A program made the translations under genes and the position numbers. Positions 1-8,808 of a stretch of 64,000 nt of DNA are shown one piece after another. Source of the DNA: an uncultured Elusimicrobia bacterium (GTDB lineage Bacteria; Elusimicrobiota; Elusimicrobia; 2-01-FULL-59-12); NCBI GenBank assembly GCA_964604825.1, contig CAZSAL010000010.1, forward strand, positions 2,141 to 66,140, given 5' to 3'. Position 1 is the stretch's first letter. Each line of letters begins with the position of its first letter. Under the pieces are notes generated by a model. That model saw only the letters and a list, made by a program, of their open reading frames with translations, did no database searches and was not told the origin of the DNA.

Positions 1-175
1 TCTCAAATTGAGCCAAGGATTTACATGATCCGGGGAAAGCAAGTAATGCTGAGTTCAACACTGGCTGAACTTTACAGAGTTCCTGTTGGAGTCCTTAATC
101 AGGCGGTAAAAAGAAACATATTCCGATTTCCACCGGAGCTTTTGGGTTCAGCTGAACCCCATTGAAGTTACAAAC

Positions 176-499
176 TTGAAATCACAAAATGTGATTTCAA
201 GTTGGGGCGGCGTTCGAAGGGGATTGCCTTATGCGTTTACGGAACATGGAATTGTGATGGTGTCGAGCGTTCTGCGAAGCAGGCATGCCATTGAAGTCAA
301 CATTGCTGTTGTGCGAGCTTTCGTTAAGCTGCGGCATGCACTCGAAGTTCGAAAGGATCTGAACATAAGAGTCGAGAGACTTGAAGGGAAGATCAACTTG
401 GTCGAAACCGATGTGCGCCAGATCCGAAATGCTGTCCAGCACATGAAAAGAATTCCGGAAAAGACCGGCCCAACAGTGAAAGGGTTTGAGAAGGAGTAG
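176..499 (+). CDS. ORF6N-domain protein, C-terminal segment. It is the downstream frame of a gene that starts before the window and shifts frame near 139-142.
   Basis: Frame-2 translation (TTG start) ...KSQNVISSWGGVRRGLPYAFTEHGIVMVSSVL... matches the conserved ORF6N/KilA-N-like core (SSWGG..LPYAFTEQG). Frame 1 of bases 1-165 encodes the N-terminal ORF6N part (IRGKQVMLSSTLAELYRVPVGVLNQAVKRNIFRFPPE) and ends at TGA 163-165. Confidence 0.55.
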   Translation: MKSQNVISSWGGVRRGLPYAFTEHGIVMVSSVLRSRHAIEVNIAVVRAFVKLRHALEVRKDLNIRVERLEGKINLVETDVRQIRNAVQHMKRIPEKTGPTVKGFEKE

Positions 500-529
500 C
501 CGCCGCCAACGAGGGCAGAACACTTATAT

Positions 530-1015
530 TTATCCAACCCGAATAATACCTAAATGTTTGCGGATAAATTTCAGGATGCACCAATTGAATCCATTATCAT
601 GAATAACTTTATGGAATGCTTCATAAACCGGGTGGGGATGATCCGCCGTCATTTCATCCATCCGGCGGCCTGGATCCACATCGTGGACCAGGATGAATCC
701 GCCCGGCTTAACCATCGGCAACCCACTTTGAATATCCTTAAGCGCCCCTTCATAAGTGTGATCCCCATCAACGAGATAAATATCAACCTCCCGAGGATAC
801 TCTTCTGCTAACCGCTGGACCAAAACCGCAGAGTTTCCGTTCAGCAATTGGACTATCTTATTGTGGCCGCCTATTCGCTGCAAGTTTTTCATTGTAACGA
901 TAGGATATGTGTTCGCTGAATAGGTGTCATTATCTATACAAATCAATCTCCCCTTCTCATTATCAACGATGGCTTTTGCCCAACCAATTGCCGTACCGCC
1001 GGCGTACGTTCCCAA
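530..1015 (-). CDS. class I SAM-dependent methyltransferase (Methyltransf_24/CmcI-like), TTG start, possibly N-terminally truncated
   Basis: Motif I-like GTYAGGTAIGWA, acidic LVDGDH and VKPGGFILVHDV fit the Rossmann SAM-methyltransferase fold. The ORF is bounded by a stop immediately upstream of the TTG, and it is about 40 aa shorter than typical family members. Confidence 0.55.
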   Translation of the reverse strand: MGTYAGGTAIGWAKAIVDNEKGRLICIDNDTYSANTYPIVTMKNLQRIGGHNKIVQLLNGNSAVLVQRLAEEYPREVDIYLVDGDHTYEGALKDIQSGLPMVKPGGFILVHDVDPGRRMDEMTADHPHPVYEAFHKVIHDNGFNWCILKFIRKHLGIIRVG

Positions 1016-1198
1016 TCAAGCGATCCAATCATCGGTGGGTGCGGAAGGATTCGGGCACATACATTTGTAGCGCTCTGCTTTGTCTGGGTGTTGTTACCCA
1101 AGATACTGGAGCCAACACTCTTGCTGATGTCCCACCCCAGTCCGGCTCCCGTCCTGAAACGGCCAGCAGGTGGGCATAAGCAGAGAACGGCTGACCTT

Positions 1199-2245
1199 TC
1201 AATTTCTTGCTTGCGTATATTTTTTTGAAAGATTAAGCAGGTGCGCTCCAGAGGCCTTGGCCATTTTGACGGCAACTGCATTTCCAATTTGCATCGCTAT
1301 TCGAGTAATAGATGAACCATAAAAAACGTAGTCGTCATCAAAACTCTGGAGCGCCGCCGCTTCCCTCAAAGATATTGCTCGATTTTGTTCCGGATGCCCA
1401 TACCTGCCATTAGAAATACTCCAACATTTGCACGTCAGCGCTGGCGCTGGTTTTCCCCAAGGGAGTCTCCCATACACATCCGTATGTCCGAGGTATTTTT
1501 TATGACACTCTAAACGCAACTCTGCAGGCCATGCAAACCGATTTCCGCCATCGGAAGGAGTGTTACGTAGTCTCCGAAAATTCGTTTTGGAAATTGATGC
1601 GGCCCGATGGTTTGGGATATTTAAATGTGACTCGCCCGCCTTAATGGGAGGATATTTTCTGATAGCGTCTTTAACAGTAACAAAGTCTCTGAGTTTAGGG
1701 CCATGCGTTGGTTCGGGCGGAGTAGGCTGGAATAATCTGGACGCGATTAAGATCAATCGTCGGCGAGTTTGCGGGACCCCGTAATGTTTTGCATCCAGAA
1801 TATTAATGGACACCTTATATCCTCTTGTCGTAAGCTCTTTTTCAAAACGACGAAATGCACTAAATCCTTTGACTTTCAAAATTCCCGGCACATTTTCGAC
1901 TAAGATATGTGCTGGTTTGAACGTGCGAACAAATTTTTGCACCTGCCCTAGCAGACTCTTTAAATGATGGTTGGAAAATTCGCGTCGCTGCTTAGTAAAC
2001 GGCTGGCAGGGTGCGCATGCGGCAAAGAGCAACTCGTCCTTATTTATCCCTTTCAAAAAAGGTCTCAGTTCTCTGGGCTTGAGCTTCCGAATGTCTTTGC
2101 AAAGGAATCGGGCTGGCGAGTTATTTTTCTCATATGTTTCCTGGCAACTTTCGTCCGAGTCTATCCCTAAGATAACATTAACGTTGGCATCCAAAAGGCC
2201 GCGAGTTAAGCCGCCGCCGCCGCAAAAGAAATCTACCGCTATCAT
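1199..2245 (-). CDS. DNA (cytosine-5)-methyltransferase
   Basis: Motif I IAVDFFCGGGG, PC motif IV APCQPFT, ENV motif VI ILVENVPG, and QTRRRLILIA. The ATG at 2245-2243 overlaps the stop of the upstream REC gene (ATGA), so the coupled start is preferred over the longer 2290 start. Confidence 0.85.
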   Translation of the reverse strand: MIAVDFFCGGGGLTRGLLDANVNVILGIDSDESCQETYEKNNSPARFLCKDIRKLKPRELRPFLKGINKDELLFAACAPCQPFTKQRREFSNHHLKSLLGQVQKFVRTFKPAHILVENVPGILKVKGFSAFRRFEKELTTRGYKVSINILDAKHYGVPQTRRRLILIASRLFQPTPPEPTHGPKLRDFVTVKDAIRKYPPIKAGESHLNIPNHRAASISKTNFRRLRNTPSDGGNRFAWPAELRLECHKKYLGHTDVYGRLPWGKPAPALTCKCWSISNGRYGHPEQNRAISLREAAALQSFDDDYVFYGSSITRIAMQIGNAVAVKMAKASGAHLLNLSKKYTQARN

Positions 2246-3396
2246 GATGTTCGGTTTGCCACCGTGTACGTCCAAATATCTGTTAACCATTGGTCAGTAT
2301 TGGTTTCTGGCAATCCGGGCCTTCCCACAATTTGCAGATAGGCCCAAACAATCTGTTCCCGAAATGGGCTGTCAATCGAAAGAAGGCGCTTAAATTTATT
2401 AGTAGGAACAGTGTCCTTGAATGAGATGTCCCCGATAGGAATCTGCAACAGTGACCGGACATTTACGGCTAGGGGTGGCATGATCGAAGGATATTCAGGC
2501 AATAATACATACCCGGCGAACTGAGTCTGCGTAATATGAGACGCCAATCTTTTGCGAAAATCACTTTCCGATGTTGTGGAAGTAACGCCACACTTTTTAG
2601 CGTACTCGTTTAAGTTCTCGCACCTCGCAACTAATATTTCGGCAGCACGACAAGAACCATCCTCACGAATAGCCATGTCGCAAGAGGGTGTAAGCACAAG
2701 AAAATATGCGGTTGCTGACTCCTTTGGCTGCCCCGCTTCAAAAAGAATATCGCCAGTTAATAGGCTCGCCTCAAGCGGTGGATATATGAATTGTTCCCAG
2801 GATATTAATTTCTCCGATGTGCGGGAAGTGTCCATATCCATCAGAGCCCCCATACGTCTTCGAGCAGTTCTGAGGAGCATCTTACTGCGCAAGGCTTCAT
2901 CGCTCTGCGCATCCCAAATGTTTTGACATGTTGTGCGCAAAATCTGTTGCGTCACCCCCGCAAATTCATCGCGAATATTGTTCAACGCCCCAATGTGTGG
3001 TAAGAATTCCTCCAAGGCTGCGACAACATTTTGATCGCTGGATTTACTTTTCGTGATAACTTTTACGAATGGATGATTTGGAGGGATACGAGGGCCAAGT
3101 TCCGCTTCCCCTGCCGTGTAAATTATTACAGGCGAAAAATGTTTCTCCCAAACGTCTTTCCATATTAATTCTCCATGCTTCTTACTATGTTGTGCAGGAT
3201 TACCTTGATACAGATCAAGCACAATAACATCAGGACGAGACGACGAAAGGTCAGATACACCTTTAGTAAAATCGCTTTCAATAGTAACGTCGGCCACAGA
3301 GGGTGGCCACTTCTCATTTATAGATTGTTTAACAACTTCGGCATGCTCTTTCTCGTCGTCGATTATGAGTATCCTAAAGGGGGTCTTTACAGGCAT
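2242..3396 (-). CDS. response-regulator receiver (REC) domain protein with a ~250-aa C-terminal domain that could not be assigned. Candidate effector of a defence two-component module.
   Basis: N-terminal CheY-like fold with acid pocket IIDDE (D13/D14), predicted phospho-acceptor D61 in VIVLDLYQG, T/S in IIYTAG, and K in VKVITKSK. The C-terminal 130-384 has no motif I could assign (contains LTPSCDMAIREDGSCRAAEILVARCENL). It lies 14 nt downstream of the kinase gene and is translationally coupled to the methyltransferase downstream. Confidence 0.75.
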   Translation of the reverse strand: MPVKTPFRILIIDDEKEHAEVVKQSINEKWPPSVADVTIESDFTKGVSDLSSSRPDVIVLDLYQGNPAQHSKKHGELIWKDVWEKHFSPVIIYTAGEAELGPRIPPNHPFVKVITKSKSSDQNVVAALEEFLPHIGALNNIRDEFAGVTQQILRTTCQNIWDAQSDEALRSKMLLRTARRRMGALMDMDTSRTSEKLISWEQFIYPPLEASLLTGDILFEAGQPKESATAYFLVLTPSCDMAIREDGSCRAAEILVARCENLNEYAKKCGVTSTTSESDFRKRLASHITQTQFAGYVLLPEYPSIMPPLAVNVRSLLQIPIGDISFKDTVPTNKFKRLLSIDSPFREQIVWAYLQIVGRPGLPETNTDQWLTDIWTYTVANRTS

Positions 3397-3409
3397 ATTA
3401 ATACCAGTC

Positions 3410-5533
3410 CTATCGTTTCAGAGGAATGTCAAAACCAAAGCTAGCGCCACCCAATTCGCCAGGCTGAATCAAATGCATTTTCCCGTCATATTGTGCGACT
3501 AATTCAGATGCGACGGTGAGACCCATGCCAATGCCATCCGGCTTCTTAGTGACCCCCGGCCAGAAAATCCGTTCTTCGTCTTCATGATCTATTCCAGGTC
3601 CTGAATCGTGAACTTTAATATAGAGTCGTTCTCCGTCAGATATTTTTTTAGCTCCCACTTTGATTTGGCGTTTATCTGGACCCACTTCTGATAACCAGTA
3701 AATTGCATTTGTTAGCAAATTCACGAGAATGGTTGATAGGTCGGCTGGATCAATTGCAACGATTTGAGCGGGGAATTCTTTCATACTAAGGCTGATTTTC
3801 AATTTATCTATATCCGGTTGATTCATAGCGACACATTCTTCCATGATGGTCTTTGCATCGCAATTCCGGAGTTGCTTACTTTGACTTCGATTGGCCAATG
3901 GCGCAAATGTGTTCGCTAAGTGTTCCAAAGTGTCAACTGCATGCTCAGCTAACCGAATATTTTTTTCATACGGCTTGAGAGCCTCGCTTTGATCTTCAAT
4001 GGCTTTTAGAAGCAATCGATTCAACTTGCTGATTGCGAGCAATTGATTCCTGACTTCATGAACGATAGTCGCAGCCATTATCCCAAGGCTTGCCAGACGA
4101 CTGTAATAAACAAGCCTCTTCTCAATTTGCTTGATTACTTGTTCCTGTTCGGCGGCAAACCGTTGAACAGCAGATACTAATTCTGCTGGCCCGTTCTTTT
4201 CTTTTGAAATTCGCTCAATTGTTTCCACCATTTCGCGAGGAGACAGATTCGAAAACAAATCTTTAAATGGCGGCTCCTTGTGCTTGGCTCCTTGACGGTC
4301 AGAATCTCGTTCTCGTTCAAGAACAGGGAATAATCGCGTTTTGAAAATTTCGCAGAATTGGCGAAATGCCTGATTATCTTCAAGTCTTTCTCGATCACTG
4401 GTGTCTTTAAGACGACGATTCTTATCCGCAGATATGGCGATATACCCAATAATCTGGTTTGTGCTCAGACGCACACCAACCCGACTAACTCGACGAAGAT
4501 CGATTCCCATCCAGTCGATCGCCGATCCAGATTTAGGAAGGACTAAAATTCCATCGCGGTAAAGAGAGATCCCTGACTGGGCTTTTATCGTGTCGCGAAC
4601 ATCCTTTCTGTCTAGATGGAGTTCTCCACTAAGATCTTCGAGCTCGCCAAGTGCGATATCCCAAACTCTTAATTCAAATTCAAATGGTCCACATATGAGA
4701 TCCTTTTTCCTGCGCTGAATTGGATCAGATGACGTAGTCAAGACATCCAAAGTGAATGGGACACTCCTTTTCTTCACTCGTCTACTGAAACAATATTCGG
4801 CGATTATCTTACCCGAATCATCAACCTTACCCTTTAACAAATAAGGTGGGTTCTCCAAGAATGCAGGAGGATTAATTTCAAGAGGGATGGAGCCTCCTTC
4901 GGGCAATGTTAGCCGTATTGAAAAGTTGTCCAATTGACGGAATGGTGGGATTAGCCTTGCTAGACACTCGCGCAAATTAGCAAATTCGTCTTGATCCCAT
5001 TCAGTCTTTAGATCAATAATGCGCAAAATTGTACCCGTGGAAGAAAATGGGCTCTCCTCAACCTCATCTACCCTTATCTTATACGAGTCGATATCTTCAG
5101 CGCTCTCCAGCGTGTCCCAGCTAACGTTAAATCTGAAGCAAGGACTGGCCTGTGCTTTCGTTATTACTTCAATTTCCTTTCCCAAACGAGCGGAGGACAA
5201 TCTGCCCAATCCCTTTTCTCCAGAGACACGTCTTTTCATCGCGCCTGACTTCATAAATGGCATCTTAAGGCGATACGGTGTGGCCACCACTGCCCAAACA
5301 TCCTGGATAATTTCTCGCGTCATCCCAGTTCCGTTATCTTCTATTTCGACCGCCATTGTCCCGGAGGTATTCCGAATGAACCGAACATCCACGCGTGTAG
5401 CTAAAGCATCGTAGGAATTCTTGACGAGTTCCATGATTGCGACGATATCACTGGTTACCAAATCCGCTCCTAGCGCCGCAAAGACACGAGGATGCATCCT
5501 GAATGTGACCTGGTTGTTAATTGGAGTGTTCAT
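3410..5533 (-). CDS. cytoplasmic sensor histidine kinase with an N-terminal MORC/HATPase_c_3-like GHKL ATPase domain (GHKL - linker - HisKA - HATPase_c)
   Basis: N-terminus: Bergerat N-box ELVKNSYDA, G1 EDNGTGM and G2 GEKGLGRLS, which is the HATPase_c_3/MORC type. C-terminus: H-box ATIVHEVRNQLLAI, N-box LLTNAIYW, HDSGPGID and GIGMGLTVA, a classic histidine kinase catalytic core. I found no hydrophobic TM stretch. Local GC is lower than in the core genes. Confidence 0.75.
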   Translation of the reverse strand: MNTPINNQVTFRMHPRVFAALGADLVTSDIVAIMELVKNSYDALATRVDVRFIRNTSGTMAVEIEDNGTGMTREIIQDVWAVVATPYRLKMPFMKSGAMKRRVSGEKGLGRLSSARLGKEIEVITKAQASPCFRFNVSWDTLESAEDIDSYKIRVDEVEESPFSSTGTILRIIDLKTEWDQDEFANLRECLARLIPPFRQLDNFSIRLTLPEGGSIPLEINPPAFLENPPYLLKGKVDDSGKIIAEYCFSRRVKKRSVPFTLDVLTTSSDPIQRRKKDLICGPFEFELRVWDIALGELEDLSGELHLDRKDVRDTIKAQSGISLYRDGILVLPKSGSAIDWMGIDLRRVSRVGVRLSTNQIIGYIAISADKNRRLKDTSDRERLEDNQAFRQFCEIFKTRLFPVLERERDSDRQGAKHKEPPFKDLFSNLSPREMVETIERISKEKNGPAELVSAVQRFAAEQEQVIKQIEKRLVYYSRLASLGIMAATIVHEVRNQLLAISKLNRLLLKAIEDQSEALKPYEKNIRLAEHAVDTLEHLANTFAPLANRSQSKQLRNCDAKTIMEECVAMNQPDIDKLKISLSMKEFPAQIVAIDPADLSTILVNLLTNAIYWLSEVGPDKRQIKVGAKKISDGERLYIKVHDSGPGIDHEDEERIFWPGVTKKPDGIGMGLTVASELVAQYDGKMHLIQPGELGGASFGFDIPLKR

Positions 5534-5633
5534 GCTTTTTGGTAAAGGACCTCATTTTGTAATTTTTCGAAGCTCCGAGTGCTCCATTTTTTGGAGGACG
5601 TCGCGCAGGTACGGTTTCCCCGCCCCAATCTTC

Positions 5634-6050
5634 TCAGACTAACCTTTTACGAATCCGACTCATAACCATTTCGGGATTTTTCTTTATATCATGTTCCCAT
5701 ATTCGAATCACATGCCATCCATTCCGCCTCAACTTGGCACTGACTCTTCGATCTCGTCTTCTATTTGTCCGTAATTTTTCAGCCCAGTAAACGCTATTGC
5801 TAGCTGGTTTTAGGTTCCTGCGACATTTCGTGCAGCCATGCCAAAAACATCCATCAATGAAAACCGCTAATTTTGCCCCCGGAAATGCAATATCTGGCCG
5901 ACCAGGCAATTTCGAAAGATGGCGCCGCCACCCCACGATTCTGTGACGTCTTAACATGCTGACAATCACGCGCTCAGTGGATTGGTTATTTCGGCCTTTT
6001 ATTAAAGCCATCACAGCAGAACGCTTGGCTCGGGTGAAAATATCCGCCAT
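5634..6050 (-). CDS. vsr: very short patch repair endonuclease (Vsr)
   Basis: DIAFPGAKLAVFIDGCFWHGC...WHVIRIWEHD is the Vsr signature (FxDGCFWH, catalytic D, C-terminal H). It sits next to C5-methyltransferase genes, as expected for a T/G mismatch repair partner. Confidence 0.85.
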   Translation of the reverse strand: MADIFTRAKRSAVMALIKGRNNQSTERVIVSMLRRHRIVGWRRHLSKLPGRPDIAFPGAKLAVFIDGCFWHGCTKCRRNLKPASNSVYWAEKLRTNRRRDRRVSAKLRRNGWHVIRIWEHDIKKNPEMVMSRIRKRLV

Positions 6051-6058
6051 GCTCTAAC

Positions 6059-7174
6059 CTACGGTACGACGATATAGCTTGCCGGTCGGCGACGCACCAA
6101 TAGATTGATCAGTTTTTTCAGTGGCGGGCAGACCGGGCTCCTTACCATATCTTCGAAACTAGGTTTCGTTTTGCCGTCCTTCGGAGCGGCGGAAATAGGC
6201 CCCGAATACAATTTCCCTTCAACTAAATCGATAACGTCTTTCGGCTTTCTAAAACTTTCGGCGTAGGAGAAACTGAGGAGATTTACTTCCGACGTTATCT
6301 CGGACAGGAATTTATAAACATCAAGAGCTGTTGTAGCGCTGATATATTTGACGAGCACGTCTTGAACTATCCAGATCGTTTTGCCGCCCCAAGCGATCCC
6401 CACCTCGGATTTCACAATAAGTTGGCTGACCATACGTGCCCAGACCTGCCGATAATTTATGCCCGGAGCGCTGTGCTCTCGGCCTAAAATCGCATCCTCA
6501 AAGGCCATAGGGATCGTCGTCCGTTTTGTCTTGTTGCCGCCAGAAGTACTGGACGTCATTATCTCTATAACGGCCGGTATCCCTACCGGCGCATCGTCGA
6601 CGAAATAGGCGTTACCTCGTTTAGCGATGGTGTAACCCTCTCTTTCAAAATGAGGTTTTAGAAATCCCCATTTCTCACCAGTTGAATTTTCGATCTCTTC
6701 CTGGCTGGAGACACCGAGAGGCATCAATATGTAGTCGAATGTATAATCAAAGGCTTTCTCAACACCATTGATCTTCTCGACATATTTAAGTTTAACTTCG
6801 GGCCAAATGCCCAGCCGTGTGCCGGATTCGTATCCGCATAAACTCAAGACCTTGTCCTCAACTTGGCGTTGATGGGCACGCCTTTCCGCGCTATCTCTCC
6901 CAAGAGCCAGGAGGCGACGTGGGCATACGATCCAAGGCGCATCGTCTTCGCGCATTTGAAGCGAACAAACGCCGGAGCAGACTTTCTCCTTACCAGTACC
7001 GAAAAATCGTTCAAGCGCTTTATTGCCTGATATGACTACATCGGAGAGGTATCTATTACCCCCACCGTCGCACTCTCGGTTCATGAAAGGACAGAGAGCC
7101 GATTGTCGATTACGAGTGGCTTCTTTGGAAGTATCTGCTACTGGATATCCGTAGAGTTCGAATATTTTTGCCAA
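6059..7174 (-). CDS. putative type II restriction endonuclease, NotI-family-like, with a Cys-rich N-terminal metal-binding cluster
   Basis: The N-terminus has ALCPFMNRECDGG...VCSGVC...IVCPRR. This Cys4-type cluster and the FELYGYPV lead-in are reminiscent of NotI-like enzymes. It lies between a C5-methyltransferase and vsr, in an operon with an ATGA-style overlap. The assignment is from memory of the family, not a search. Confidence 0.5.
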   Translation of the reverse strand: MAKIFELYGYPVADTSKEATRNRQSALCPFMNRECDGGGNRYLSDVVISGNKALERFFGTGKEKVCSGVCSLQMREDDAPWIVCPRRLLALGRDSAERRAHQRQVEDKVLSLCGYESGTRLGIWPEVKLKYVEKINGVEKAFDYTFDYILMPLGVSSQEEIENSTGEKWGFLKPHFEREGYTIAKRGNAYFVDDAPVGIPAVIEIMTSSTSGGNKTKRTTIPMAFEDAILGREHSAPGINYRQVWARMVSQLIVKSEVGIAWGGKTIWIVQDVLVKYISATTALDVYKFLSEITSEVNLLSFSYAESFRKPKDVIDLVEGKLYSGPISAAPKDGKTKPSFEDMVRSPVCPPLKKLINLLVRRRPASYIVVP

Positions 7175-8346
7175 TTAGGTGTTCCCAAGATCGCGAGGGC
7201 TATCGCCTTCGCAACAGGCGGCGGAACCGAGTTAGCAACTTGACGGTGCTGGTCAAGCTCGCGTACGCTGCCTGATCTTCCCCGGATAGGTCCTTTCAAA
7301 TGATAGTCATCTGGGTATCCATGCAATCTCATGTATTCCCGAGGAGTCAAATATCGATCTTCTGTTGGATGGAAGAAAATCTCACCACAACGAAGCGTCA
7401 AGGATGGTTGTTTCCTAGATAGCCGACGAAATTTCGTCGTATCTTTTTTGGATAGTCTTCCCCGCTGTTTTGCCGGAAGATGATGTTGGGCGGATAGATG
7501 ACCTCCTTCTGGTACTCCACGAATGCGCTTATAGTCCCCGTCAGGCGTGATATCGACGTGACTATCCGCAAATTGCGCCCCGTCAGATTTTCGTCTAGGC
7601 TTAGGCAATCCAGCCAGGACCCGCCCAGCCGTGACGAAGGGAGGAAGGGGAAATAGAGTCATCTCGGTTTCGGGGTCCGCATGGGTTGGGGAAGGAAAAA
7701 CGAAACCGTTCGGCTTAGGAATAGCGACGGTAATGACACGTTGACGTAGTTGAGGCACTCCGTACTCCGCGGCATTTACCACTTTCCATTTCGGGACATA
7801 TCCCAAGCTCGAGATTTCCCCCAAAAACATTTCGAATACTCCACCAGGCTTTCCGGTATGATCCGGCGCATTGAGCAATCCCTTAACTTGCTCTACGATG
7901 AGGGCTTTTGGTCTAAGGACCTTTGCGAATCTGGCAATCTGAAACAACAGCATGCCTCGTTCGTCGCTCAAGCTCTCACGTTTGCCAATCTGAGAAAAAG
8001 CCTGGCAGGGCGGACCTCCAAAAAGCAAATCAAGCTCCCCAATTTTTAAGCCCAACTCTTTCATGAGATTCTCAGGATCAATCGTTCGAATATCCGCTTG
8101 GATCACCTTCGTCTTTGGGCTCTTTTTTAAGAACGAGGACCTCAACGTTTCGCAACAGTTGGGGTCCATTTCTATGCAAGTCAATATCTCGAACCCGGCT
8201 TGATGAACACCGAGGTCCATGCCACCCGCTCCTGAAAATAGCGAGATTGCCGTATATGAGGTTTTGGGGTTCTTTCGAATTGTCTTTAAGATAGGGTCTG
8301 CTGTCGCGAAAGTCATATCATTCCTCCAAGGATTATATATAGGCAA
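7138..8346 (-). CDS. DNA (cytosine-5)-methyltransferase
   Basis: Motif I ISLFSGAGGMDLG, PCQ motif IV LLFGGPPCQAFSQIGKRE, motif VI ALIVEQVKGLL and motif VIII QLRQRVITVA, with a large variable target-recognition region. Confidence 0.85.
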   Translation of the reverse strand: MPIYNPWRNDMTFATADPILKTIRKNPKTSYTAISLFSGAGGMDLGVHQAGFEILTCIEMDPNCCETLRSSFLKKSPKTKVIQADIRTIDPENLMKELGLKIGELDLLFGGPPCQAFSQIGKRESLSDERGMLLFQIARFAKVLRPKALIVEQVKGLLNAPDHTGKPGGVFEMFLGEISSLGYVPKWKVVNAAEYGVPQLRQRVITVAIPKPNGFVFPSPTHADPETEMTLFPLPPFVTAGRVLAGLPKPRRKSDGAQFADSHVDITPDGDYKRIRGVPEGGHLSAQHHLPAKQRGRLSKKDTTKFRRLSRKQPSLTLRCGEIFFHPTEDRYLTPREYMRLHGYPDDYHLKGPIRGRSGSVRELDQHRQVANSVPPPVAKAIALAILGTPNWQKYSNSTDIQ

Positions 8347-8563
8347 GTAGCGTCCGTTAAGAGCTTTCTGCCCAGAGACACCAAAGACTTCTTATATATT
8401 AGAGTCGAAAAGCCGAAAAATATTCATTTACTGACGGAAAAGCACGGTTCAGGTGGGTCCTCAAGCAGACGGTCGGTTTCGAAATATAAAACGAGGGAAG
8501 AGGACTCAAAACCTCGGATGGGTTCGCCCTTTCCGTTTTCTGAACACGTTGGGGATGGGGAAC

Positions 8564-8758
8564 CTATAGCAGAATCGACGGTCGGTTCCGACTCTCTCCG
8601 GCTTCCAAGTCTTCCATGTTGTCGTAAAGAACAACCACTTCCTCACTGATCGCGATCACCTTCCCGCTCTTAAGCGTGACCAAGTCCAATATGGTCCCAC
8701 CACCCGAATCCCAAGAGGAAACATCTTCGACATACTCAGCCTTCAGTGCATCATTCAC
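8564..8758 (-). CDS. small hypothetical protein (64 aa)
   Basis: ORF only, in the gap between the island operon and tRNA-Ser. No recognisable motif. Confidence 0.2.
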   Translation of the reverse strand: MNDALKAEYVEDVSSWDSGGGTILDLVTLKSGKVIAISEEVVVLYDNMEDLEAGESRNRPSILL

Positions 8759-8808
8759 TGGATGACCTCCTACTAGATAGCATTACGACTATTTCAAGAA
8801 AAATAAAA

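Noticed and set aside
943-1287. 114-aa ORF between the SAM-methyltransferase and C5-methyltransferase genes
   Set aside because: No motif and odd composition. It overlaps the 3' end of the C5-methyltransferase gene. It is most likely a non-coding spacer, or a frameshifted remnant of the SAM-methyltransferase N-terminus, which cannot be shown without alignment.
8458-8593. Direct repeat gacggtcggttYcga at about 8458 and about 8575
   Set aside because: Only 13-15 nt, with one copy inside a weak ORF. It is too short to call an att site without the other island border.
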